This document shows, piece after piece, positions 42,324-52,257 of a stretch of DNA of 64,000 bases. The notes beneath the pieces are model-generated. The model was not told the origin of the DNA and searched no databases. It saw nothing but the letters and a program-made list of their open reading frames with translations. A program made the position numbers and the translations under genes. The DNA comes from an uncultured Bacteroides sp. (GTDB taxonomy: Bacteria; Bacteroidota; Bacteroidia; Bacteroidales; Bacteroidaceae), in assembly GCF_937912035.1 (NCBI RefSeq), contig NZ_CALDPF010000055.1, positions 9,654 through 73,653 on the forward strand, written 5' to 3'. The first letter of the stretch is position 1. Each line of letters opens with the position of its first letter.

Positions 42324-45300
42324 ATGAAAGAACAATTAAAGTATTTCTGCCTGTTAATGGTTTCAATGCTTTTGCTCTCTTTTGAAGCATTGGCCCAAGA
42401 GCAGATCGTTACGGGTAAAGTATTAGACGCTCAATTAAAAGAAGGTATGCCTGGAGTTAACGTACAAGTGAAAGGTAGTACAGTGGGAACTATTACAGAT
42501 TTCGATGGTAATTATTCAATTAAGGTGAATGGATCAAAGTCTGTACTTGTATTTACTTTTATTGGTTTCTCCTCTCAGGAAGTTACTGTAGGCAACAAGA
42601 CTGTGATAAATGTGGAAATGAAAGAAGATGCACAGGCTCTTGAAGAGGTTGTAGTAGTAGGTTACGGTACAGCACGTAAGGGAGACTTGACAGGTGCACT
42701 TACCACTATGCGTCCCGATGCTAATGACGCATCCAAGGCTACATCGTTGGACAATCTGTTGTCCGGTAAAGTAGCAGGACTTGTGGTCAGTTCTTCATCA
42801 TCTGCAGTAGGTGCAGCGTCATCTATCACAATCCGTGGTGCGAGTTCATTGCGTGGTGACAACCAACCTCTCTATGTAATCGATAACGTTCCTCAGGCAT
42901 CGGCCGGTGAATTTGCATCGTCTGGTATCAGCGGTGACTTCCAGATCAACCAGGATCCGTTGGCCGCACTTAATCCTGCCGATATTGAGGATATCACAAT
43001 TCTGAAAGACGCTTCATCAACTGCTATTTATGGTTCGCGTGGTGCAAACGGTGTAATCCTTATTACAACGAAGAAGGGTAAACAGGGTAAGGCAAAGGTT
43101 AACGTAAGCGCTAATTTTACTATAGCTGAACCTACACGCCTTATGGAAATGACAAACCTGCAGGAACATGCTGCTTATATCAATTCGCGTATTTCTAACG
43201 GACAATATCCTTTCTATGTGGTTGGTGATGAAGTAAGATATGTGTTCAATGATGCTTTAGCAAATTATGATCCGAATAATCCTGAAACTTATCATTTGAT
43301 TCAGTATCGTAACTGGCAGGATGAAATTTATCGTTCTGCTTTCTCTCAGACATATTCTTTGTCTGTAAATGGTGGTAGTGATAAGATGACTTATTATATA
43401 TCTGCAAATTTCAAGGATATCAACGGTACAGTAAAACAGACCGGGCTTAAACAAGGCGACTTGCGTGCCAACTTGGGTATGGATCTTTCTAAGACTGTTC
43501 ATCTGAATATGACAATGAGCGGTTCGCTCAGACAGAACAACATGATGGCAGGAGGTAGTACTTTGGGTGGATCAACTACAGCTATCTCTCGTACAGCTTT
43601 GGACTATGCACCGTTCGAAATGCCTGAAGGTGACCCTTCGTTCCAGGCAGAGAACAAGACTACTATCTTCAGCTGGCTTAACGACTACGAAGATGTAGCA
43701 AACGACAAAACTTTCAACATGAGTATGGACCTTTCATGGAAAATTGTAAAAGGATTGCAGTATAACCTGCGTGTGGGAGGTAACATGAATATCAACGACC
43801 GCAGCCGCTGGTATGGTCTGCAGTTGTATCAAGGTATGAACAACAATGGATATCTGGCTTTATCCACTCTGAACAAGAGCAATTATTCTGTAGAAAATGT
43901 GTTGAACTACAATACTAAGTTGGGAAATATTGCAACTTTGGATGCTACAGCCGGTGTTACATACGATGCGTATAAGTTCTTGAATCAGAATACTATCGGT
44001 TCACAGTTTACAATGTTTGACCTGCGTGAGAACGGTATTCACATGGCAGGTAATGTGCAGCATCAGGAACCAATACAGCGTGACTATCAATTGCTGTCAT
44101 ATTTGGGACGTATCAATCTGTCATTCCTTGACAAGTACCTGATTACAGCATCAATTCGTGCCGACGGATCCAGCAAGTTTGCACAGGGTAACCGTTGGGG
44201 TTATTTCCCTTCAGCTTCATTGGCTTGGCGTATGGAACAGGAAGAGTTCCTCAAAGATGTAGACTGGATGAGCCAGTTGAAACTGAGAGTTAGCTATGGT
44301 GTAACTGGTAATCAGAGTATTAATCCTTATTCTACATTCTCTATGTATGGTGGTGGAACTAACCATTATGCTGACGGTTCAGGAAACCAAATGGCTACAC
44401 TTAGTATTACCAATTTGCCAAACAACGGACTGACATGGGAAAAGACTGCTTCATGGAATGCTGGTTTTGATTTTGGATTGTTCCGTTCAAGACTTAGCGG
44501 TACTCTTGATTTCTATGTGAAGAGAACAAATGATTTGCTTATTTCAAGAAATCTGCCTGGATCAGCCGGATTTGCATCTACGTATTATAATCAGGGATCG
44601 TTGGATAATAAAGGTATTGAACTGACACTTACAGCTCAAATTATTGACACTAAGGATTGGAAATGGAGCTTGACTGGTAACTTTGGAAAGAATAAGAGCA
44701 AAATCGTAAACTTGGGACTTATCCCAACTGAATTCGGATGTTTGGGTGAAAGAATCGGTTACTACGGTAATTCGCTTGGTGACCATTTCGGAGTAGGGCA
44801 TATCTTCCTCCAGGGTGAAGAACCGGGACTGTTCCTGGGATATGCAACCCAGGGTATAGTACAAGCTGAAGATATTACAGATCAAGGTATAAGATTTACA
44901 AAACCTGACGGTACTATAGGATATTATAATGATGTATTGGGACAGAAACCTGTAGCTGGTGATGTTAAGTTTGTTGACTTCGATGGTAACGGAAGTATTG
45001 ATACTTCGGACCGTAATATTATAGGTAATCCTAATCCTGACTTTACATACGGATTCCAGACTTCATTGTCATGGAAGAATCTTAGCTTATCTGCAGCATT
45101 CAACGGTGTGTATGGACGTGACATCATAAACGTGAATAATCGTTACATCAATACTCCTGGTTCAAAAGCTGGTACAGTATCTAAGAAAGCATTTGAAGGT
45201 ATGTGGACTCCTGAAAACAAGTCTAACCTCTATCCATCATCTAACTTCATAGTACAGAATATGGTTATGGATAGATATGTAGAAGACGGTAGTTATCTAC

Positions 45301-45533
45301 GTTGCTCGGACATCACTCTGAACTATGTTCTTCCTAAATCGTGGATGAAAAAGATAGGATTCCAGAATACTTCAATATTTGCGTCTGTTAAAAATGCATT
45401 CATCATTACAGACTATAGCGGATACGATCCTGAAGTGAATACTTTTGCTTTTGACGGCTTACGCCCGGGAGTTGATATGAACTCTTATCCTACTCCGCGT
45501 CAGTTTATATTCGGACTGAATGTAACATTCTAA
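42324..45533 (+). CDS. SusC/RagA TonB-dependent transporter
   Basis: GTITDFDGNY, EEVVVVGYG, DIEDITILKDASSTAIYGSRGANGVILITTKKG, YPTPRQFIFGLNVTF. Confidence 0.96.
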   Translation: MKEQLKYFCLLMVSMLLLSFEALAQEQIVTGKVLDAQLKEGMPGVNVQVKGSTVGTITDFDGNYSIKVNGSKSVLVFTFIGFSSQEVTVGNKTVINVEMKEDAQALEEVVVVGYGTARKGDLTGALTTMRPDANDASKATSLDNLLSGKVAGLVVSSSSSAVGAASSITIRGASSLRGDNQPLYVIDNVPQASAGEFASSGISGDFQINQDPLAALNPADIEDITILKDASSTAIYGSRGANGVILITTKKGKQGKAKVNVSANFTIAEPTRLMEMTNLQEHAAYINSRISNGQYPFYVVGDEVRYVFNDALANYDPNNPETYHLIQYRNWQDEIYRSAFSQTYSLSVNGGSDKMTYYISANFKDINGTVKQTGLKQGDLRANLGMDLSKTVHLNMTMSGSLRQNNMMAGGSTLGGSTTAISRTALDYAPFEMPEGDPSFQAENKTTIFSWLNDYEDVANDKTFNMSMDLSWKIVKGLQYNLRVGGNMNINDRSRWYGLQLYQGMNNNGYLALSTLNKSNYSVENVLNYNTKLGNIATLDATAGVTYDAYKFLNQNTIGSQFTMFDLRENGIHMAGNVQHQEPIQRDYQLLSYLGRINLSFLDKYLITASIRADGSSKFAQGNRWGYFPSASLAWRMEQEEFLKDVDWMSQLKLRVSYGVTGNQSINPYSTFSMYGGGTNHYADGSGNQMATLSITNLPNNGLTWEKTASWNAGFDFGLFRSRLSGTLDFYVKRTNDLLISRNLPGSAGFASTYYNQGSLDNKGIELTLTAQIIDTKDWKWSLTGNFGKNKSKIVNLGLIPTEFGCLGERIGYYGNSLGDHFGVGHIFLQGEEPGLFLGYATQGIVQAEDITDQGIRFTKPDGTIGYYNDVLGQKPVAGDVKFVDFDGNGSIDTSDRNIIGNPNPDFTYGFQTSLSWKNLSLSAAFNGVYGRDIINVNNRYINTPGSKAGTVSKKAFEGMWTPENKSNLYPSSNFIVQNMVMDRYVEDGSYLRCSDITLNYVLPKSWMKKIGFQNTSIFASVKNAFIITDYSGYDPEVNTFAFDGLRPGVDMNSYPTPRQFIFGLNVTF

Positions 45534-45569
45534 ATCAATAATAACAATAACTTACAAAGAACATAAGTC

Positions 45570-47429
45570 ATGAAAAATATTAAATATCTGATATTATCAC
45601 TTTCTGCGGCATGCTGCATGTCGTCATGTCTGGACGAAAATCCGCTATATACGCAGAACAATAAAATAGTGTTCTCAAACAGTAGTAATGCAGAACTTGC
45701 ATTGCTAGGATGTTATTCTTACATGAGTACCACTTCGGCTTACGGACAACATTGGCAGGAAATTCCTGTAAGTGGTTCAGGATTTGGTTGGTCACAACGA
45801 AGCGGTAGTGATGGAATAGTAAGTTTGCAGTCACTCTCAAGTGATGGTCTTATATCAACTACGTGGAATGCAATGTACAAGGTTATTTCCGAGGTTAATG
45901 CTTATCTGGAAAATCTGAATAACAGTGGATTATCTGACGATATAAAGAAACAGTATAGTGGTGAAGCGAAGTTCTTGCGTGCTATGGCATACTATAATCT
46001 GGTATCTTTGTTCGGAGATGTTCCTTTTAAAACTTCTGCCTCTACTTCTGAAGGTATTACTATAGGACGTACACCTGCTGCAGAAGTACTTGGACATGTA
46101 ATAGACGATCTTAAAGACGCAGAAGGTATTAGTGCAAAGTCAAGCGTAGGCCGTGCAAACTCATGGGCTGTAAAGGCATTCATGGGTAAAGTATATTACC
46201 GTATGGCTGCAACAGGCATCAATCCTCAGGAAAACTGGACTAACGCTAAAACTAAGTTTGATGAGGTCTATAACAATAATATTTATGATTTGGAGAATAA
46301 TTTTGCGGATTTGTTCGGCGACTGGGTTTCCACTTCTAAAGAGTCTATCTTCCAGATAAACTTCAGTGTTACCTCTACAAACTGTTTCAACCGTGCAAGT
46401 AACCGTTTTTCACCTACTGCTTCTACTACAGGTGTGAACTGGAGTACATACCGAGCAACAAAGGCTGCATACGATATGCACCAAAGCATGTATCCGGGTG
46501 ATCCACGTATCAATGCAACGTTCCTTACAATACACAGAAAGAGAAACGGTAATAACCAGGCAAATCCAAAACCTCAGGTGGGCGATAAGCCATCGGCAAA
46601 CGACAGTGTTTACTACTATCCTTACTTTACGTATAAAGTACAGACTGGAGTAAATGCCGAGAATAAACCTGTATATGAGAAGATTCAGAAGAATGGAAAG
46701 GATGTAGAAGATAAAATCTATGTAGGAATACTGCCATATGACAAGTTTGAAAATCCTGCAAACCCAAGCTTGGAATATATGGAAGGACTACAAATTTCAG
46801 AAAATGCATCTCCAAGAGAAAAGGCTGAAATTCAAGCTTTGAAAGGTATTAGAAAAACTTTTGCAGAAAACGGAAATCAGAACGCATGGCCGGCGCATGC
46901 AAAACTCTACGACCAGAATCAGCAAGGTACTGCTTCTCATAAAAATCTTATGGTGTATAGATATGCTGAAATGCTTTTATTAATGGCCGATGTGTATAAT
47001 GAACTTGACCAGACTGAAAAAGCAATAGAACTTGCAAACAAGGTACTTGCTCGTGCGCGCCGTTCAGCACAGACAGTAGTTCCTGCTACTGAACCTGCAG
47101 ATTGGCCTGAAAATCTGAGCAAAGATCAGGTACGTGAAAAACTATATTTTGAACGTATCATAGAGTTGTTCGGTGAACCTGATATGTATGAAATGATGAG
47201 AATACGTGGCACAGAATTCCTGAAGAAAGCACTTGAATATCACAATAATCATGAGATAACAAGAGTTTCTGATGCTTACTATAAATCATCAGCACAAAAA
47301 TGGACTGATCGTGTTTACAATGAAGGAAACTTGACTGAAGATTTCTTGAAAAAGAATTTGTTACTCCCTATTCCTGATTCGGAAAGAGATAACAACCCAG
47401 GTATTACAGACAATAACTTTGGTTATTGA
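45570..47429 (+). CDS. SusD/RagB glycan-binding lipoprotein
   Basis: Lipobox MSSC, EAKFLRAMAYYNLV..FGDVP, YRYAEMLLLMAD, ER..EL.GE, LLPIP..E..NNP. Confidence 0.93.
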   Translation: MKNIKYLILSLSAACCMSSCLDENPLYTQNNKIVFSNSSNAELALLGCYSYMSTTSAYGQHWQEIPVSGSGFGWSQRSGSDGIVSLQSLSSDGLISTTWNAMYKVISEVNAYLENLNNSGLSDDIKKQYSGEAKFLRAMAYYNLVSLFGDVPFKTSASTSEGITIGRTPAAEVLGHVIDDLKDAEGISAKSSVGRANSWAVKAFMGKVYYRMAATGINPQENWTNAKTKFDEVYNNNIYDLENNFADLFGDWVSTSKESIFQINFSVTSTNCFNRASNRFSPTASTTGVNWSTYRATKAAYDMHQSMYPGDPRINATFLTIHRKRNGNNQANPKPQVGDKPSANDSVYYYPYFTYKVQTGVNAENKPVYEKIQKNGKDVEDKIYVGILPYDKFENPANPSLEYMEGLQISENASPREKAEIQALKGIRKTFAENGNQNAWPAHAKLYDQNQQGTASHKNLMVYRYAEMLLLMADVYNELDQTEKAIELANKVLARARRSAQTVVPATEPADWPENLSKDQVREKLYFERIIELFGEPDMYEMMRIRGTEFLKKALEYHNNHEITRVSDAYYKSSAQKWTDRVYNEGNLTEDFLKKNLLLPIPDSERDNNPGITDNNFGY

Positions 47430-47467
47430 TATGTACACATCTAATGTTGCTGATTGTCAGATATAGA

Positions 47468-47509
47468 AAATGAGTCGGCGGACTTGGTTGCAGGTTCACC
47501 GACTCATTT
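47468..47509 (+). terminator. Hairpin after susD
   Basis: AAATGAGTCGGCGGACTTG-GTTG-CAGGTTCACCGACTCATTT. Confidence 0.7.
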
Positions 47510-47542
47510 ATGTTTAAAATCAATAAGAATTTTTTTATGATA

Positions 47543-49861
47543 ATGAAAAAAAATATATTTCCTGCAACACTGGTAGTAATGGCATTGTGCCTTGTCGTGA
47601 CTGGATGTAGAACGACTGAAGAGCGGGAAATCATTCCCTCACCGGCAGAAGTGGTTGTAACGGAGAATAAAGGTTATTGTATAACTCCACATACTACAAT
47701 ATACGCTTTAGGCGATGAAAAGAAAGAAGTGGCAAGATATCTTTCGTCGCTTTTTGAATCTTCTTCCGGATTCAAAATACATGTTACCGAAGATGATAAC
47801 GCAGCCATACGTTTTATAGCAGACAGTACCTTGGCAAAAGAATCGTACAGACTGAAGGTAGACGCCAAAGGTATTGATGTTTCTGCCTCAGACAGGAATG
47901 GTTTCTTCTATGCAGTACAGACTTTGAGAATGGCACTTCCTCCACAAATAGAGTCTTCTGAAGGAAATTCCAGACAAGAATGGTATATTCAGTCTATGGA
48001 CATAAACGACGGACCTAGATTCAGCTATAGAGGACTAATGGTAGATGTCGCTCGCTATTTTATGCCCAAAGAGGATTTGATTAGGGTGATAGACTGTATG
48101 GCTATGTTGAAGCTGAATAAGCTTCATCTGCATCTGACTGATGACACAGGCTGGAGACTAGAAATAAAAAAATATCCGCGTCTGACTGAGGTCGGGGCAT
48201 GGCGTCCTGACAGAGGCGACACTCCTTTTTACGGCAGAAGAAACAGACAGGAAGGCGAGAAATGTACTGTTGGTGGTTTCTACACACAGGAGGATATGAA
48301 GGAAATTATCAGATATGCTTCTGAAAGACAGATAGAGATAATTCCAGAAATTGATGTGCCGGCCCATTCGTGTGCGGCATTGGCATCATATCCTGAGTTG
48401 GCATGTCCCAACGTAAAAAAGGAAATAAATGTCCTTCCGGGATTAGGTGGACGAGACACTGAGATAATTTACTGCGCCGGTAATGAGAAGACTTTCGAGT
48501 TTTTGGGTGACGTAATTGGTGAAGTGGCAGAACTGTTCCCGTCGGAGTATATTCACATGGGTGGCGATGAGGCCAATAAGTTCTATTGGCAGACATGTCC
48601 GTTGTGTAGAAAAAGGATGAAACAGGAAGGGATTGCCCACGTAGAGGATCTGCAAGGATACTTCATGCAGAGAATGAGTGACTGTGTGAGAGCTAACGGA
48701 AAGAAAATGATGGGATGGGACGAGTTGACCAACAGCCGTGTACCGGACGGAACTGTGATTTTCGGTTGGCAAGGCTACGGTAATGCTGCATTGAAAGCTG
48801 CCGCACAGGGACACAAGTTTATACTTACTCCGGCAAGACTACTTTATCTCATCAGATATCAGGGACCTCAATGGTTCGAACCTGTAACCTACTTCGGTAA
48901 CAATCTTATGAAAGATATATATGCCTACGAGCCGGTGCAGGAAAGCTGGAAAGAAGGCTACGAAGACTTATTGTTGGGCGTGCAAGCTTCTATGTGGACC
49001 GAGTTCTGTAATACGGCTGATGATGTTACCTATATGATTTTCCCACGTCTGGCTGCCTTGGCAGATATGGCATGGAGAAAGAAAGGCACAAACGACTGGG
49101 AAAAATTCCAGAAAGGATTGGATAACTTCCTGGCTCACTTGGATGTAAAGGGGGTACGCTATGCGAAGTCTATGTATAATATACAGCATAAATGTGTGCC
49201 TGCTGACGGAAGTGTAAGTGTTGAATTGCAATGTGAACGTACTGATGTGGAAAAAAGATATACTACTGACGGTAGCGCACCGAATGCGAAATCGAATTTG
49301 GTTTCAACGGCTTTTCCTGTGGAAGAGAGTACGGTTGTAAATGTTGCGTCTTTTAAGGACGGCAAACAGATGGGTGAGACTCTTTCTTTGCAGATTAATT
49401 TCAATAAAGCAACAGGAAAATCTATTGAAAGTGCAAATAAAGACGTATATTTGCTCACAAACGGTGTCAGAGGAAGTAAGAGACAGTCTGATTTTGAGTG
49501 GTGTACTTGGGCCAACTCCGATGCGGTGTTTACCATTGACCTTAAAGGTGCGCAGGAAATAGAAAGTATCGGTATAGGATGTCTAACAAACTATGGTATG
49601 GGAGTACACAAGCCTAAAAGCATTAAAGTGGAGATCTCTGATGATAATAAATCTTTCAGACTATATTCCGAAAGGAAATTCTCTGTCCAGGATATATTCC
49701 GTGAAGGAAATTTTGTGGAGGATATAGTTTTCGAGGAAGGTAATACAAGTGCTGTATACGTCAGAATTACCGCAAAAGCTGCAGGACTTATTCCTGAAAA
49801 TCATTTTATGCGTCCCGGGCAGATTTCGAAATTCTGTTTTGACGAGATAATAATAAAGTGA
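47543..49861 (+). CDS. GH20 beta-N-acetylhexosaminidase (lipoprotein) with C-terminal F5/8-type domain
   Basis: PRFSYRGLMVDVARYF, HLHLTDDTGWR, IPEIDVPAH, HMGGDEA, WTE, FPRLAALA. Confidence 0.93.
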   Translation: MKKNIFPATLVVMALCLVVTGCRTTEEREIIPSPAEVVVTENKGYCITPHTTIYALGDEKKEVARYLSSLFESSSGFKIHVTEDDNAAIRFIADSTLAKESYRLKVDAKGIDVSASDRNGFFYAVQTLRMALPPQIESSEGNSRQEWYIQSMDINDGPRFSYRGLMVDVARYFMPKEDLIRVIDCMAMLKLNKLHLHLTDDTGWRLEIKKYPRLTEVGAWRPDRGDTPFYGRRNRQEGEKCTVGGFYTQEDMKEIIRYASERQIEIIPEIDVPAHSCAALASYPELACPNVKKEINVLPGLGGRDTEIIYCAGNEKTFEFLGDVIGEVAELFPSEYIHMGGDEANKFYWQTCPLCRKRMKQEGIAHVEDLQGYFMQRMSDCVRANGKKMMGWDELTNSRVPDGTVIFGWQGYGNAALKAAAQGHKFILTPARLLYLIRYQGPQWFEPVTYFGNNLMKDIYAYEPVQESWKEGYEDLLLGVQASMWTEFCNTADDVTYMIFPRLAALADMAWRKKGTNDWEKFQKGLDNFLAHLDVKGVRYAKSMYNIQHKCVPADGSVSVELQCERTDVEKRYTTDGSAPNAKSNLVSTAFPVEESTVVNVASFKDGKQMGETLSLQINFNKATGKSIESANKDVYLLTNGVRGSKRQSDFEWCTWANSDAVFTIDLKGAQEIESIGIGCLTNYGMGVHKPKSIKVEISDDNKSFRLYSERKFSVQDIFREGNFVEDIVFEEGNTSAVYVRITAKAAGLIPENHFMRPGQISKFCFDEIIIK

Positions 49862-49978
49862 AACAATCATTTTTTACTACAATGATAAAGGATTTGATAA
49901 TTCCAAGGATATTCTGGCAATAGGATTTAAAAGTAACAGAATTATAAATTAATTTCTCATAATAGTAATTAACAACTA

Positions 49979-50776
49979 ATGAAAAATAATATTTTGTTTA
50001 CTATTGTATTTTTTATTCTCTCTTTCCAGGCCGTAGTATGTCAGGAAAGAGAGAACTCATATAAACTGATTTGGAAGGAGAACTTCAGAGGAAATAGTGT
50101 TGACGAAGAATTATGGAGTAAAATCCCAAGGGGTAAGTCAGATTGGAACAGATATATGTCCGATCATAATTCTTTATACAAGGTAAAAAGGGGAAAACTT
50201 ATATTACGTGGTGTGGAAAATGAAGGAATAGTTCCAAATGATACTGCAAGGTTTCTGACCGGAGGAGTATTTACAAAAGGTAAATTTTCTGTCGGATACG
50301 GTAAGGTTGAAGTTAAAGCCAAACTTGGAGCCGCACAAGGAACGTGGCCTGCTATTTGGATGTTGCCAGAAAAAGGGAAATGGCCTAATGGAGGAGAAAT
50401 AGACATTATTGAAAGATTAAATCATGATGATTTTGTGTATCAAACCATACACACGCACTACACTTATGTATTGAATGAGAAAAATATTCCTCCACATAGC
50501 GGAACAGCTGCAATTAATCCTGATGATTACAATATATACGGTGTGGAAATATTACCGGACAAAATAATATTCTCTGTAAACGGTAAACAGACACATACAT
50601 ACCCTAAAATAGAAACAGATAAGCAAGGACAATTCCCATTCGGTACACCATATTATTTGCTGATTGACATGCAAATAGAAGGAGCATGGGTAGGAAAAGC
50701 CAATACTGATGAACTACCTGTAGAAATGATGATAGATTGGGTGAAGGTATATGAATTAGATAATTTTTCCCGATAA
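49979..50776 (+). CDS. GH16 glycoside hydrolase
   Basis: Signal peptide, YGKVEVKAKL, WPAIWMLP, WPNGGEIDIIE (ExDxxE catalytic motif). Confidence 0.9.
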   Translation: MKNNILFTIVFFILSFQAVVCQERENSYKLIWKENFRGNSVDEELWSKIPRGKSDWNRYMSDHNSLYKVKRGKLILRGVENEGIVPNDTARFLTGGVFTKGKFSVGYGKVEVKAKLGAAQGTWPAIWMLPEKGKWPNGGEIDIIERLNHDDFVYQTIHTHYTYVLNEKNIPPHSGTAAINPDDYNIYGVEILPDKIIFSVNGKQTHTYPKIETDKQGQFPFGTPYYLLIDMQIEGAWVGKANTDELPVEMMIDWVKVYELDNFSR

Positions 50777-50842
50777 TTTATTTGCACATGCCCCTATATT
50801 TCTATTCCTTTGTAACCGAAAGAAAACAAAGATAAATACACC

Positions 50843-52078
50843 ATGAAACAAACATTTGCACCTTTTGCCAAGCCGCTATATGTGATGACTAAACCTGTAG
50901 GAGCGGTATGTAACTTGGCTTGTGATTATTGCTATTACCTTGAAAAATCAAATTTATACAAGGATACATCAAAACATGTAATGAGCGACGAACTTCTGGA
51001 GCGCTTCATCAAAGAATATATAGGCTCACAGACTATGCCGCAAGTTCTCTTTACATGGCATGGGGGAGAGACGCTTATGCGTCCGCTCAGTTTCTATAAG
51101 AAAGCTGTAGAACTTCAGAAACAATATGCCGGTGGAAGAACCATTGACAACTGTATACAGACCAATGGTACATTGCTCACTGATGAGTGGTGTAAGTTCT
51201 TCAAAGAAAACAATTGGCTTGTGGGAGTATCTATTGACGGACCGCAGGAATTTCACGACGAGTATCGACGTAATAAGCAAGGACTTCCTTCGTTTGTAAA
51301 AGTAATGAGAGGTATAGAACTACTTAACAAGTATGGGGTGGAATGGAACGCCATGGCTGTAGTGAATGACTATAATGCCGATTATCCGGTGGAGTTTTAT
51401 AATTTCTTCAAGTCCATAGGTTGCCATTATATTCAGTTCGCTCCAATCGTGGAGAGAATATTCAAACATAATGACGGTCGTCATCTGGCATCGCCTATGC
51501 AGGAGGGAGATAAACTGGCTGACTTTTCTGTGACTCCGGAACAATGGGGGAACTTCCTTTGCAGACTTTTCGACGAGTGGGTGAAGAACGATGTAGGGGA
51601 ATATTTCATACAGATATTCGATTCTACACTGGCTAACTGGGTAGGAGAGCAACCAGGTGTATGTTCTATGGCTAAGACATGCGGACATGCCGGAGTGATG
51701 GAGTTCAACGGTGATGTATATTCGTGCGATCATTATGTGTTCCCTGAATATAAGCTTGGTAACATCTATCAGAAGACACTGGTAGAGATGATGTACAGCG
51801 AAAGACAACAGGAATTCGGACTGATGAAACAAAAATCACTACCAACACAGTGTAAGGAGTGTGAGTTCCTGTTTGTATGCAATGGTGATTGTCCTAAGAA
51901 CCGTTTTGCGAAGACTGCTACGGGAGAACCGGGACTGAACTATCTGTGTAAAGGATATTATCAATTCTTCAAGCATGTAGCCCCTTATATGGACTATATG
52001 AAAAAGGAGCTTCTGGCCGAACGTGCTCCTGCAAATATTATGGAGGCTATCCGTAATGGAGAAATCGTAATAGAATAA
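50843..52078 (+). CDS. chuR: Anaerobic sulfatase-maturating radical SAM/SPASM enzyme (anSME)
   Basis: CNLACDYCYYL, WHGGE, SIDGP, YSCDHYV, CKECEFLFVCNGDCPKNR, YLCKGY. Confidence 0.9.
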   Translation: MKQTFAPFAKPLYVMTKPVGAVCNLACDYCYYLEKSNLYKDTSKHVMSDELLERFIKEYIGSQTMPQVLFTWHGGETLMRPLSFYKKAVELQKQYAGGRTIDNCIQTNGTLLTDEWCKFFKENNWLVGVSIDGPQEFHDEYRRNKQGLPSFVKVMRGIELLNKYGVEWNAMAVVNDYNADYPVEFYNFFKSIGCHYIQFAPIVERIFKHNDGRHLASPMQEGDKLADFSVTPEQWGNFLCRLFDEWVKNDVGEYFIQIFDSTLANWVGEQPGVCSMAKTCGHAGVMEFNGDVYSCDHYVFPEYKLGNIYQKTLVEMMYSERQQEFGLMKQKSLPTQCKECEFLFVCNGDCPKNRFAKTATGEPGLNYLCKGYYQFFKHVAPYMDYMKKELLAERAPANIMEAIRNGEIVIE

Positions 52079-52082
52079 TTAC

Positions 52083-52170
52083 CGTTACACGAACGTGTCA
52101 CGCGCGTAACACCTTCGTGTAACGGGCGCGTCACGTTCGTGTTACACGCGTAACACGTCCGTGTCACGCT
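52083..52170. repeat. Eight tandem degenerate 11-bp units forming nested palindromes
   Basis: CGTTACACGAA CGTGTCACGCG CGTAACACCTT CGTGTAACGGG CGCGTCACGTT CGTGTTACACG CGTAACACGTC CGTGTCACGCT. Confidence 0.85.
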
Positions 52171-52257
52171 AACTGTTTCTTGATGTTTGGACAAAAGTTT
52201 CTTGAGTCCTGAAAAATATCTTTAGATTTTTGATAAATATTTTCTGAGTCCGGGAAA

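Noticed and set aside
52083..52170. Possible CRISPR array
   Set aside because: Units are 11 bp, contiguous and degenerate, with no unique spacers and no cas genes
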